This document shows, piece after piece, positions 21,071 to 29,756 of a stretch of DNA of 64,000 bases. Below the pieces are notes generated by a model, which searched no databases, had not been told where the DNA came from, and saw nothing but the letters and a program-made list of their open reading frames with translations. A program made the position numbers and the translations under genes. Source of the stretch: an uncultured bacterium (GTDB taxonomy: Bacteria; Chloroflexota; UBA5177; JANWHV01); the NCBI GenBank assembly GCA_963729625.1, contig CAVSOU010000011.1:64001-128000 (forward strand), given 5' to 3'. The first letter of the stretch is position 1; every line of letters starts with the position of its first letter.

Positions 21071-21817
21071 CTATTCGGCGCGTGCCCCGCTTGATCGTGC
21101 CGGCTTCAACGACGCAAGCCAGAAGCCTGCGTAGGCCAGGAGCTCGTGTGACGCGTAATTTGACGCGTGCGCCGTGGTTTGGCGACGCTCGATAGCCAGC
21201 CGGAGGTCGGCCGCGGTCGAGCCCGGGAATCGCGTATAGCTCTTACCAATAGCTTCCACGATGTGCGCGTCAGAGCAGCCCACCACAGGCAGTCTCCCGG
21301 TCTGGCGATTGTGTCTCTTGGCCCGGAAATTCGCTACGTACATGAATGGCGTGGAATTCTCCACTTCGACTGCGTCGAATGGCAGCTCGGCGAAGCGGCG
21401 GCCGACACCCTGGATCTCCTGGCCGAAGGCCGTGATAAAGGGATGTGCCGCGATGGCCAATCCCCCTTGCTCATGGATGGCGGCGATGGTGTCTTCCGGG
21501 CTCATCATCGGCCTGACGCGCTCGCGGATAAAGAGGGCCAGGACGTGGCCCTCCCGAGACGTGACTTCTTCGCCAAGTACCACCTGAAAGCGATAGCGAA
21601 GCTGCAGCTCCTGCGCTCGCAGTGCCCCTTCGATTGTGTCGTGGTCGGTAATGGCAATCACCTGCATCCGCGTTCGCGTGGCCACGTGGTCGAGCACGGC
21701 CTGCACAGTCGGACGACCATCGGAATGGCAGGTGTGAACATGGAGGTCGGCCCGACCACGATGACCCCTGAGGTGCAAATGCGCCAGGCCGGCGCCTCGT
21801 GAAACATGCGTCGTCAT
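21071..21817 (-). CDS. PHP domain phosphoesterase
   Basis: DLHVHTCHSDG, ITDHD, GEE, AHP and SDAH; start taken at internal ATG (MTTHVS). Confidence 0.9.
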   Translation of the reverse strand: MTTHVSRGAGLAHLHLRGHRGRADLHVHTCHSDGRPTVQAVLDHVATRTRMQVIAITDHDTIEGALRAQELQLRYRFQVVLGEEVTSREGHVLALFIRERVRPMMSPEDTIAAIHEQGGLAIAAHPFITAFGQEIQGVGRRFAELPFDAVEVENSTPFMYVANFRAKRHNRQTGRLPVVGCSDAHIVEAIGKSYTRFPGSTAADLRLAIERRQTTAHASNYASHELLAYAGFWLASLKPARSSGARAE

Positions 21818-22180
21818 GCTTGCCCCAGACCGGTAACTGCAAGATTCGAGAAACCTGCTTCGAGCGTAACATACCTGGCCGTCGATGACCCTGATCTGCT
21901 CGCCCTGGCCACCCGGGTGGTCTGGTGGAAGCCATCGGAGGAGACGCTCGGTGATCCCATCTTCTTCCTTGCACACGTGATGACCTACGGGACTGCGGAC
22001 GATGTGGCGATAGCACGCGAGCACTTTGGCGACGGCGCTTTTGGCGCGGCGCTCGACCAAGCACCGGCCGGGGTGTTCGACGCACGCAGCTGGGCTTATT
22101 GGCAGGCGGTCCGCTGGCGCATTCCCCCTCCGCCTCTCCCTACCCGCCTGATCCCGGATCGTTCGTCGGCACTCAGTTAA
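21806..22180 (+). CDS. Small conserved hypothetical protein (antitoxin-like); true start probably ~21880
   Basis: VVWWK..E.L.DP..FLAHVMTYG...D and AG.FDARSWAYW...PPLP.R pattern. Confidence 0.6.
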   Translation: MRRHACPRPVTARFEKPASSVTYLAVDDPDLLALATRVVWWKPSEETLGDPIFFLAHVMTYGTADDVAIAREHFGDGAFGAALDQAPAGVFDARSWAYWQAVRWRIPPPPLPTRLIPDRSSALS

Positions 22181-22222
22181 CCGCGCCAGACGGCCCTCGC
22201 ACGGTCGGGCACACGCGCTTGG

Positions 22223-22753
22223 CTACTCGCGTGCTTGCTCCTGTTGCGTGAGACGTTGCAGCTCGGGATAGCTCCGCTGTTCGCGCGGGTCAGCCTCGAT
22301 CTGAAGTTTGTGCATGACATCCTGGATCGCGCCGGCTTCGCCCTCGATCTCCACGAAATCCCCGAACTCGAGGCTGTCGAGCGCAATCTCAGCGCCGTGC
22401 CAGCGCCACGTTTCTCGGTCCTTGACATAACGGATAGCCTCGACGTAGCCAAGCTTCGACAACATGGCGAGAAGCTCCTCAGTGCCGTTCGCCGAAAATT
22501 CGACTTCGAGCTCTTCACGCGTCTTGTGCTGGAAGGGATCCAGGTCCGCGGCGGGACCCTTCCAGGTGATGGTGCTTTTTCCGGCGCTGCGCACCCGCAG
22601 AACCTCATGCCGGCGCTGAAGGACGGCGTCGGCAGTATCCAGGATTCGATTGACCTCGTGCTCGATGCCTTCGCGGCTAGCACCAAGCGTCTCGAGACGT
22701 TGGCGTATCGTCGCCAAGTCCGTCACCCGGATCTTGACCTCTCGTTCAATCAT
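22223..22753 (-). CDS. CYTH / class IV adenylate cyclase family protein
   Basis: EREVK (ExExK), LRVR, REELE, FVEIE and SY motifs. Confidence 0.9.
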   Translation of the reverse strand: MIEREVKIRVTDLATIRQRLETLGASREGIEHEVNRILDTADAVLQRRHEVLRVRSAGKSTITWKGPAADLDPFQHKTREELEVEFSANGTEELLAMLSKLGYVEAIRYVKDRETWRWHGAEIALDSLEFGDFVEIEGEAGAIQDVMHKLQIEADPREQRSYPELQRLTQQEQARE

Positions 22754-22930
22754 TAACGTCTCCGTTTTGTCCCCTGGACGACCGCTGCTTCAGCCGTCCC
22801 GGCTCTGGCCCCCGATCCTGTCCGACCGCAAAGTATGTGAACGACTATCCACGTCGCAGGCATGCCCCTCGTCAGATGGTTCCTGGATCTTGCACGGCTT
22901 GGTCCTTCACGCCGCGGCTTCGAAAGGCCG

Positions 22931-24553
22931 CTATCCCAGGCTTCTGGTGCCGTAGATGATGCGTTTCATGTTACCTGCTTGAGCCTGACCCTGCCGCTCA
23001 ACCCGATCGGCCTCAGCCAGGGCAAGCTTCGCCAGCTCCGGCGAGCCAGCGGCTTCGAGGTGCTTGGCAGCGGTGCGAAGACTGGCAGTGCCCTTCTGTG
23101 TCTGACCTTCCTGGATCGCCTGCAAGGCCTGTTCCTGCAGCCGATGGGCCGTTATCTTGCGGAGAGCGTCGTGTACGCGAAGATGGACGGGCGGCTCATT
23201 GTCCCATTGCTCGACAAAGGCTGCCGCAATCTGGCAGGTGGACGTCTGGTTCTCAAGCCCAAGCGCCGGCACATCGTAGAAGAACTCCAGGTCGGCGACG
23301 CGTACCATTCCGGGCTTGCGCGAGGCTATGACGAATTCCAGGAGCAGCCTGTATTCGCGATCGGTGCTCACCCTGCCAAGATCCAGTTGTACGGCTTGCG
23401 CGGCGGCAGGCCCGTCGGTCGGCACCGGGAGCGTCTTGATCCCGGGCGCCACCCAGGTTGCTCGCAGCACTCGACTGGAGGCATCCGGCGTGATTTCGAC
23501 GCGCAAGTTGCGAAGAGCCGTCAATTGCAGCGTGCGAAGCTGATCCTCAAAGACTCCACGCAACTGCTCGGCGCTTTGCACGTAATCCGAGTGCCCGCCG
23601 GTGCGCGTCGCAAGCTCGTCAAGCAACACACTGTTCCAGTCATCGCCCAGGCCAAGCGCGGTGATCTGCACCTGCCGTTCACCGGCCAGGGTCGCGAGCT
23701 CAACACAGGTATCCTCGTCACCATAGGTCTGTCCATCTGTCAGCACGATCATCTGGGAAATGAGGCTTGTGGCATGCGTTTGCAGCTCCTGCAAACCCGC
23801 GCGCAGTCCTGTCGAAATCTCCGTGCCTCCTCGGCAGCGAATGGCGTCGAGAGCTTCCTTTGCGGCTCGCTTGGTGCCGAGTGGGCCGCAGGGCAACAGC
23901 ACCGTGGCCCGGTCACCAAAGGTGACAATGGACAGAAAGTCGCGAGGACTCATCATATCGACGATTCGCGCCACGGCTTCCTTGAGCCGTTGTAGCTTGT
24001 CGTCCCGTTGCATCGAGCTACTGTGGTCAAGCACAAGACAGAGGTTCAGCGGTTGGCTACTGCTGCTGATTTCGTCGCTGAGCTTGAGATCGAGCAGGAC
24101 ATAGAGCATTTGCGCGCGCGGTTGAATCAGCAGCCTGTCGCGCCCCAGTGTCGCGGAGACCTCGAGAACCGGACTGGTCAGAGTCGCGCTCGGCGGGGAT
24201 TCTGCCGTCGAGAATCCAGCATCGCTGTAGGAGACATGCGGAGGAGCTTGCGTCGGGCGTTGCGTTACCTTGGGTCGCTCGAGCGATCGTTCAGTGAACG
24301 ACGGTGGCGTGGCCGAAGCTGCCCTTTGACCTGCCACATTCGGCTCGCCCGCTGGCTTCTCTGTCTGGTGGGCACGGATGCTCTCGAACGCACTCTGCAC
24401 AGCATCGAAGCGGTCGCGCGCGCCGGGGTTCACATCGGGGTGCAGTTCCCGTACGAGGCGACGATGAGCGGCACGCACCTCACTGAAGGGCGCACTCGGT
24501 AGCACGCCGAGCACATCGTACGGATCGGCGTTTGGAGCTGGCGGGCTGCTCAT
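22931..24553 (-). CDS. DnaJ domain-vWA domain fusion protein
   Basis: DPYDVLGV..LHPDVN J-domain; DHSSSM MIDAS, GGT and LTDGQ; GGAG RBS before MSSPPAP. Confidence 0.9.
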   Translation of the reverse strand: MSSPPAPNADPYDVLGVLPSAPFSEVRAAHRRLVRELHPDVNPGARDRFDAVQSAFESIRAHQTEKPAGEPNVAGQRAASATPPSFTERSLERPKVTQRPTQAPPHVSYSDAGFSTAESPPSATLTSPVLEVSATLGRDRLLIQPRAQMLYVLLDLKLSDEISSSSQPLNLCLVLDHSSSMQRDDKLQRLKEAVARIVDMMSPRDFLSIVTFGDRATVLLPCGPLGTKRAAKEALDAIRCRGGTEISTGLRAGLQELQTHATSLISQMIVLTDGQTYGDEDTCVELATLAGERQVQITALGLGDDWNSVLLDELATRTGGHSDYVQSAEQLRGVFEDQLRTLQLTALRNLRVEITPDASSRVLRATWVAPGIKTLPVPTDGPAAAQAVQLDLGRVSTDREYRLLLEFVIASRKPGMVRVADLEFFYDVPALGLENQTSTCQIAAAFVEQWDNEPPVHLRVHDALRKITAHRLQEQALQAIQEGQTQKGTASLRTAAKHLEAAGSPELAKLALAEADRVERQGQAQAGNMKRIIYGTRSLG

Positions 24554-24899
24554 CGTCTCCCTGCCGGTAGTCTTTCGCCCCTTCTGTCCCTCATCGCGGA
24601 CAGTTTGAGAGGTTCCTGACGCCTCCAACACAGTGCGCTGCGGCACCCACGGCGACACTGGTGTACCGCCAGTATAGGCAAGCGAGTCAGGCCAAGGCAA
24701 TAGCACAGTGTGGGAAGCCAATGTTCCACAATGCCATGGTATGGTAGTCTGCCACGGGCGCGTTGCAGAACAAGGCTTTGCAGAAGGCCGGAAAATACCA
24801 GATCATACATATGTGGCAAGCATGGCAGCCAGACTGGCGTAGATTCCAGGCGCTCCGGTTTGGAGCTGTTCCTGCCGGATGGGCGAGCGCGGGGGGGTG

Positions 24900-26147
24900 A
24901 TGGCTGTCGATCGTTCAGTCACTATCGGAACTGTCCTGAGTGGACGGTATCGCCTTGTGTCCCTCTTGGGACAGGGCGGCGGTGGCGCGGTATACCTCGC
25001 GGAGGACATTGAGCTGTTTGGCCGCCCGGTAGCGGTCAAGGAGCTGGTCGACCAATTTGCCGATCAAGCCGACCGCGACGCTGCTGTGGCGCGCTTCACG
25101 CAGGAAGCAAAGATGCTCGTCACGCTCGACCACCCCAACCTTCCCGACCTGCGGTCGTACTTCACGGAAGGCGGCCGTCACTACCTGGTGATGGAATTCG
25201 TGGAAGGTACGACGTTGCTGGCGCAGCTGGAGCGGGCAAAAGGAGTGCTCTCGCCGCTGGTGGTGGCCGAATGGGGACGGCAGATTTGCGACGTGCTCAC
25301 CTACTTGCACAGTCGTACGCCCCCAGTGATCTTCCGCGATCTCAAGCCGTCCAACATCATGATCGACCGCAACGGCCAGATCAAGCTTATCGACTTCGGC
25401 ACTGCCCGGCACTTCGATCTGACGAAGAATACGGACACTTTGAAGATGGGAAGCATCGGCTATGCGGCGCCGGAGCAATATCAGGGCCAGGGCCAGACCA
25501 GCCCAAGGTCCGATGTCTACGCGCTCGGCGTGACGCTTCACCAGCTGCTGACCAACGCCGATCCGAGTGCGCGTCCATTTGTGTTCACGCCCCCGTCCAT
25601 GCTCCGGCCCGACATACCCGAAAGCCTGAGCCGCACCGTGATGCGCGCGGTGAACCTCGATCCTGCCCAGCGGTTTCCTTCGGCCCTGGAACTCCGTCAC
25701 GCGCTCAATACGGGCCTCACAGACGGCACCACCACCTTGCTGAAAGTGACAGCCGAGCCCGAGCCCAACCCGTGGCTGGTGGCCGCTCTTGGCGTCGTGG
25801 GAGCGGCCCTGCTTGAAGCGGTGGCGTTGATTCCCGAGTTTCCCAATCTTGGCAAGGGCACCGCCAGCGCCGATTGGGCAGTCGACTACGGGTTGTTGGC
25901 AGGCGCGGCGCTGGGTGCAGCCATCGGAGGCGCGCTTGCGCCGGGTTGGCAGCGGCGACGCCTGCCAGCCACAGTTGCGGCGTTCGTGGGAGCTGCCGTA
26001 TTCTGCGCCTGCGTCGGCCTCGCGGTTGTCGCTGGGATTGGTCACGGAGACCCGCGGCACTTTTCATTGCGCCTGCTCGCCGGCCTGGCCCTCCCGGCCG
26101 CTGCCGCTGGTGCTGCGCTCGTGCGCGGTTTCCGCGTCGGCGAATAG
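24900..26147 (+). CDS. Hanks-type Ser/Thr protein kinase with C-terminal TM helices
   Basis: GQGGGGAVY, VAVKE, FRDLKPSN, DFG, APE and DVYALG; about four hydrophobic helices at the C-terminus. Confidence 0.95.
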   Translation: MAVDRSVTIGTVLSGRYRLVSLLGQGGGGAVYLAEDIELFGRPVAVKELVDQFADQADRDAAVARFTQEAKMLVTLDHPNLPDLRSYFTEGGRHYLVMEFVEGTTLLAQLERAKGVLSPLVVAEWGRQICDVLTYLHSRTPPVIFRDLKPSNIMIDRNGQIKLIDFGTARHFDLTKNTDTLKMGSIGYAAPEQYQGQGQTSPRSDVYALGVTLHQLLTNADPSARPFVFTPPSMLRPDIPESLSRTVMRAVNLDPAQRFPSALELRHALNTGLTDGTTTLLKVTAEPEPNPWLVAALGVVGAALLEAVALIPEFPNLGKGTASADWAVDYGLLAGAALGAAIGGALAPGWQRRRLPATVAAFVGAAVFCACVGLAVVAGIGHGDPRHFSLRLLAGLALPAAAAGAALVRGFRVGE

Positions 26148-26149
26148 CC

Positions 26150-26875
26150 GTGATCGATATCGTCTTTGAGGATCGCTTCCTGATGGTCGTGATAAAGCCG
26201 GCCGGCATGGTAACGCACCCTGCCTATCGCCACCCGGACGGCACGCTCTGGAATCTGCTGGCTGACCTATTCGCGGAGCGCGGAATTCCGGAGCGTCCTC
26301 ATCTGCTGCACCGCCTGGATCGCGCCACGTCCGGGCTGGTGTGCGTTCCCAAGCGTCTGCCCGCGCACCGATCTCTCGAGCGGATGCTGCGAGAGGGGCG
26401 CTTCGAGAAATCCTACCTGGCTCTGGTGGAGGGAGTTCCGCCCCCTCGCGGAACGATCGCGGCGCCACTGGGGCGAGATCCCGTCGATCGGCGGCGAGTC
26501 TGCGTGCGGGCCGACGGCCAGGGAGCGGTAACGCACTTCTCCGCCTTACGCCGTTTTCAGCATTGCACGCTGCTTCGTGTTGTGCTGGAAACGGGTCGCA
26601 TGCATCAGATTCGCGCGCATCTCGCGCACATAGGTCACCCGGTGATGGGCGATATCGCCTATGGTGGGATCGCCGTCGAGAGCGACAGGATTTTCCTCCA
26701 CGCCGATCGCCTGGCGTTTCCGCATCCGATCACGCGGCAGCGAATCGACTGCCGCGCTCCCCTTCCTCCGGACATGCGGCTGGCTTTGCACCGATCTCAC
26801 CAGGCGACGCGAGGCAATCCTGCCTCGTTCGGGCCTGGTCTTGAAGAGCCGCTTCTGTTGCCTCGCGCCATGTGA
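26150..26875 (+). CDS. RluA/RluD-family pseudouridine synthase without S4 domain
   Basis: KPAGMVTHP, HRLDRATSG and TGRMHQIR; GTG start 2 bp after the kinase stop. Confidence 0.92.
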   Translation: MIDIVFEDRFLMVVIKPAGMVTHPAYRHPDGTLWNLLADLFAERGIPERPHLLHRLDRATSGLVCVPKRLPAHRSLERMLREGRFEKSYLALVEGVPPPRGTIAAPLGRDPVDRRRVCVRADGQGAVTHFSALRRFQHCTLLRVVLETGRMHQIRAHLAHIGHPVMGDIAYGGIAVESDRIFLHADRLAFPHPITRQRIDCRAPLPPDMRLALHRSHQATRGNPASFGPGLEEPLLLPRAM

Positions 26876-26990
26876 GATCGGCGGGCGCAGCCTCGCGACG
26901 ACTGCGCAGGGTCTCCTCGCAGGCGATGAGAAACCGCACTGCTTCGCAGTAGGGCCCGCCAACGTCGGGGTTGGCAGCGGCTTTCTTCAT
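26730..26990 (-). CDS. Possible small hypothetical protein
   Basis: GGGAG close to ATG and helical-looking sequence, but the 3' half overlaps the pseudouridine synthase tail. Confidence 0.3.
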   Translation of the reverse strand: MKKAAANPDVGGPYCEAVRFLIACEETLRSRREAAPADLTWREATEAALQDQARTRQDCLASPGEIGAKPAACPEEGERGSRFAAA

Positions 26991-27000
26991 GCTCCCTGCA

Positions 27001-27029
27001 CTGACCCTTGCCAGGGCCGCGTCTATAAT
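27001..27029 (+). promoter_or_regulatory. Putative murA promoter
   Basis: CTGACC-17 nt-TATAAT about 50 bp upstream of the murA ATG. Confidence 0.55.
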
Positions 27030-27079
27030 AGGGAAGGGCCATCGGGCAGTTGGCCGAGCCCTGAACTCGAGGAGTAAGC

Positions 27080-28336
27080 ATGTCCCGCTACGTAGTCAAG
27101 GGTGGCGTCCCCTTGCAAGGCGCCGTGGAGGCGTCGGCGAACAAGAATGCCGTTCTGCCGATCATGGCTGCGTCACTTCTGACTGACGATGAATGTGTTC
27201 TGACGAACGTACCGCAGATCACCGACGTGGTGGTAATGGGGAACCTGCTTCGCGAGCTCGGTGCGCGCGTGGACGGCCTTGGCAGCAAGGAAATCCGTAT
27301 CTGCTGCGCTCCCGTCCGAGCGTCGGACCTGAATCCTCATCTGGTCAAGAAGCTCCGAGCATCGGTCACCTTGCTTGCTCCATTGCTGGTCAGGCAGGGC
27401 CACGTGCGGACGTATCATCCCGGTGGCTGCGTGATTGGCCGGCGCGACATCGGCACGCACCTGGATGCGCTGACCGCGATGGGCGCGCGCGTGGGTGAGC
27501 TCGAGGATGGCTACGACATCACCGCCGACCGGCTCACCGGTTCGAGTATCTTCCTGGACGAAGCGTCGGTTACCGCTACCGAAAATACTGTGATGGCCGC
27601 GTGCCTCGCGTCTGGCCGCACCGTGATCAAGCACGCCGCCTGTGAACCCCACGTGGAGGACTTCTGCACGTTCCTGCTTCAAATGGGCGCGCGCATCGCT
27701 GGTGTCGGCAGCAACATCATTACGGTAGATGGCGTCTCGGAGTTGCACGGCACGTCGTTCCGTATCAGCACCGATCATGTCGACGTCGGTACGTTCGCGG
27801 TCGCCGCCGCGCTCACGCATGGCGACGTCGTGATCAAGAACTTTGTTCCGGCGGATTTCGAGCTTATCGGCCTCGTGCTCCGGCGTATGGGCGTGAAGAT
27901 GGAGATCGGCGAAGGCACGCTGCATATCTTGCCTTCCAATCTGGAGGCGACGCGTAAGATTGCCACCGATCCCTGGCCCGGCTTTCCAACCGATCTCGCC
28001 TCGGCCATGATTGTGCTTGCTACACAGGCGGCTGGTACAACGCTCGTTCACGACTGGATGTATGAAGGACGTATGTTCTTCATCGATAAACTTGTCTCCA
28101 TGGGCGCGAACATCATTTTGTGCGACCCGCACCGCTGCGTGGTGACTGGCCCCTCGCCCCTCCGGCGTGGCACGGTGTTCAGTCCCGATCTTCGCGCCGG
28201 CGCCGCGCTCGTCCTGGCGGGGCTGGTCGCGAGCGGCACCAGCGAGATCCACGACGTGGAGTTAGTGGAACGAGGTTATGAGAACTTCGTGGATCGCCTC
28301 AGCGCGCTTGGCGCTCGCATCGAGAAGGTAGACTAG
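27080..28336 (+). CDS. murA: UDP-N-acetylglucosamine 1-carboxyvinyltransferase
   Basis: KNAVLP, LRAS, PGGCVIGRR, SVTATEN, PGFPTD and DLRAG; GAGGAG RBS. Confidence 0.98.
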   Translation: MSRYVVKGGVPLQGAVEASANKNAVLPIMAASLLTDDECVLTNVPQITDVVVMGNLLRELGARVDGLGSKEIRICCAPVRASDLNPHLVKKLRASVTLLAPLLVRQGHVRTYHPGGCVIGRRDIGTHLDALTAMGARVGELEDGYDITADRLTGSSIFLDEASVTATENTVMAACLASGRTVIKHAACEPHVEDFCTFLLQMGARIAGVGSNIITVDGVSELHGTSFRISTDHVDVGTFAVAAALTHGDVVIKNFVPADFELIGLVLRRMGVKMEIGEGTLHILPSNLEATRKIATDPWPGFPTDLASAMIVLATQAAGTTLVHDWMYEGRMFFIDKLVSMGANIILCDPHRCVVTGPSPLRRGTVFSPDLRAGAALVLAGLVASGTSEIHDVELVERGYENFVDRLSALGARIEKVD

Positions 28337-28340
28337 GCAC

Positions 28341-29108
28341 GTGCTCGCGCTGTTGGCTGCCTGCCCCGCGCTGCCAGACTGGCTGAACAAGCTGCACGTG
28401 CTCGGCGTGAACATCAGCATCGCGCACATCCTGGATACGTACGGCTACGTGATGGTGGCGATCTTCATTGGTATCGAGAGCACGGGCATTCCATTTCCCG
28501 GAGAGACCATGCTGCTATCGGCGTCCGTCTATGCCGCGCAGGGGTGTGGGATGCGCGAACAGTGGGTGATCGTCGCCTGCATCATCGGTGCTACCACCGG
28601 CGACAACATGGGCTTTTGGGTAGGCCGCACAGGTGGCAGAGCGCTGATCAAGAAGATCCCGTTTGTCAAAGAATCGCACCTCGCGCCGGCCGAAAGGTAT
28701 TTCCAGAAATATGGCGGCGCGACGGTCTTCTTCGGTCGCTTCCTCGCCGTGTTGCGCGCGTGGGCGGCGTTCTTGGCCGGGGTCAATCGGATGCGGCCGT
28801 TGAAGTTCTTCCTCTACAACCTGAGCGGCGCGGCGATATGGAGTACCACGTTCGGCTTGCTCGGCTACGAGCTGGGCAGGAACCTCGATAAGCTGAAGAG
28901 CATCGTGTCCGCGCTCGGCGTATTCGGCGCCATCGTCTTCTTCGTGATCGTGGGTATCGCCGCAGGTGTCTACGTTGCTCGACGGCGGTCCTCTCGGCAT
29001 GACAAACTGCCTGCCCCGCCAGAACATGTTGAGACAACCTCGGTACAGCCTCAAGCGACGAATCGTCGTCAAGTGAGCCCCGGTGTCGAGGTGCGGCCGG
29101 GAGAATAG
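28341..29108 (+). CDS. DedA family membrane protein
   Basis: ESTGIPFPGET, GDN.GFWVGR and FGRF...R motifs. Confidence 0.93.
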   Translation: MLALLAACPALPDWLNKLHVLGVNISIAHILDTYGYVMVAIFIGIESTGIPFPGETMLLSASVYAAQGCGMREQWVIVACIIGATTGDNMGFWVGRTGGRALIKKIPFVKESHLAPAERYFQKYGGATVFFGRFLAVLRAWAAFLAGVNRMRPLKFFLYNLSGAAIWSTTFGLLGYELGRNLDKLKSIVSALGVFGAIVFFVIVGIAAGVYVARRRSSRHDKLPAPPEHVETTSVQPQATNRRQVSPGVEVRPGE

Positions 29109-29209
29109 CATTCCTCTCGCGAAAATTCCCGAAGACGGCGGTAGCCTTTTCACCATCCTGCTCCCGCGCGGTGTGCCTCGTGAGATAGAATAGCGCCAAG
29201 GGAGATGTG

Positions 29210-29569
29210 ATGGCGCGCATATTGGTTGTCGACGACGACGTGATGATTCGTAACTATATTGATATGGCGCTCAAGGAGGAAGGACATGAAGTCCTGGCCG
29301 CTGAACACGGCGCCGCGGCACTGCTCGTGCTTGATGCCGTGATTCCCGATGTAATCCTGCTCGATATGCGCATGCCAACCATGGACGGTTGGGAGTTCGC
29401 GCGTCAGTACCATGCCCGGCCGGGGCAGAAGGTGCCGATTGTCGTCATGACGGCAGCGCAGGATGCCTCTCAGCGGGCCGCGCAGATCGGCGCGGATGAC
29501 TACCTGGCGAAGCCGTTTGACCTGGATGACCTCTACGGGTGCGTCTCCCGCCTCACCAGCTCCTCCTGA
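29210..29569 (+). CDS. Single-domain response regulator
   Basis: VVDDD, LLDMRMP, TA and KPF receiver motifs. Confidence 0.93.
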   Translation: MARILVVDDDVMIRNYIDMALKEEGHEVLAAEHGAAALLVLDAVIPDVILLDMRMPTMDGWEFARQYHARPGQKVPIVVMTAAQDASQRAAQIGADDYLAKPFDLDDLYGCVSRLTSSS

Positions 29570-29756
29570 ACAGCCCACACTCGATACACACCCGGAGGAC
29601 GGCGCCGATTGGACGCGCGTGCGAAAGCACGTTACGCTCACGCGTAAACAGTAGTCGCGGCCACGGGCTGGGCGGGCGACCTGGACCACAGGCGTTGCAT
29701 CGAGCACCGGTGGTGAACTCTTGTTCTTCCCTCGAGGATTCGAACAGGAGGCGGAC

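Noticed and set aside
26880-26961. Cloverleaf-like fold closed by GGCGGGC/GCCCGCC
   Set aside because: The T-arm-like loop is only 3 nt, with no proper D-loop, anticodon arm or NCCA; not a tRNA.
27080-28336. Fosfomycin-resistant MurA variant
   Set aside because: The active-site Cys (GGCVIG) is present.
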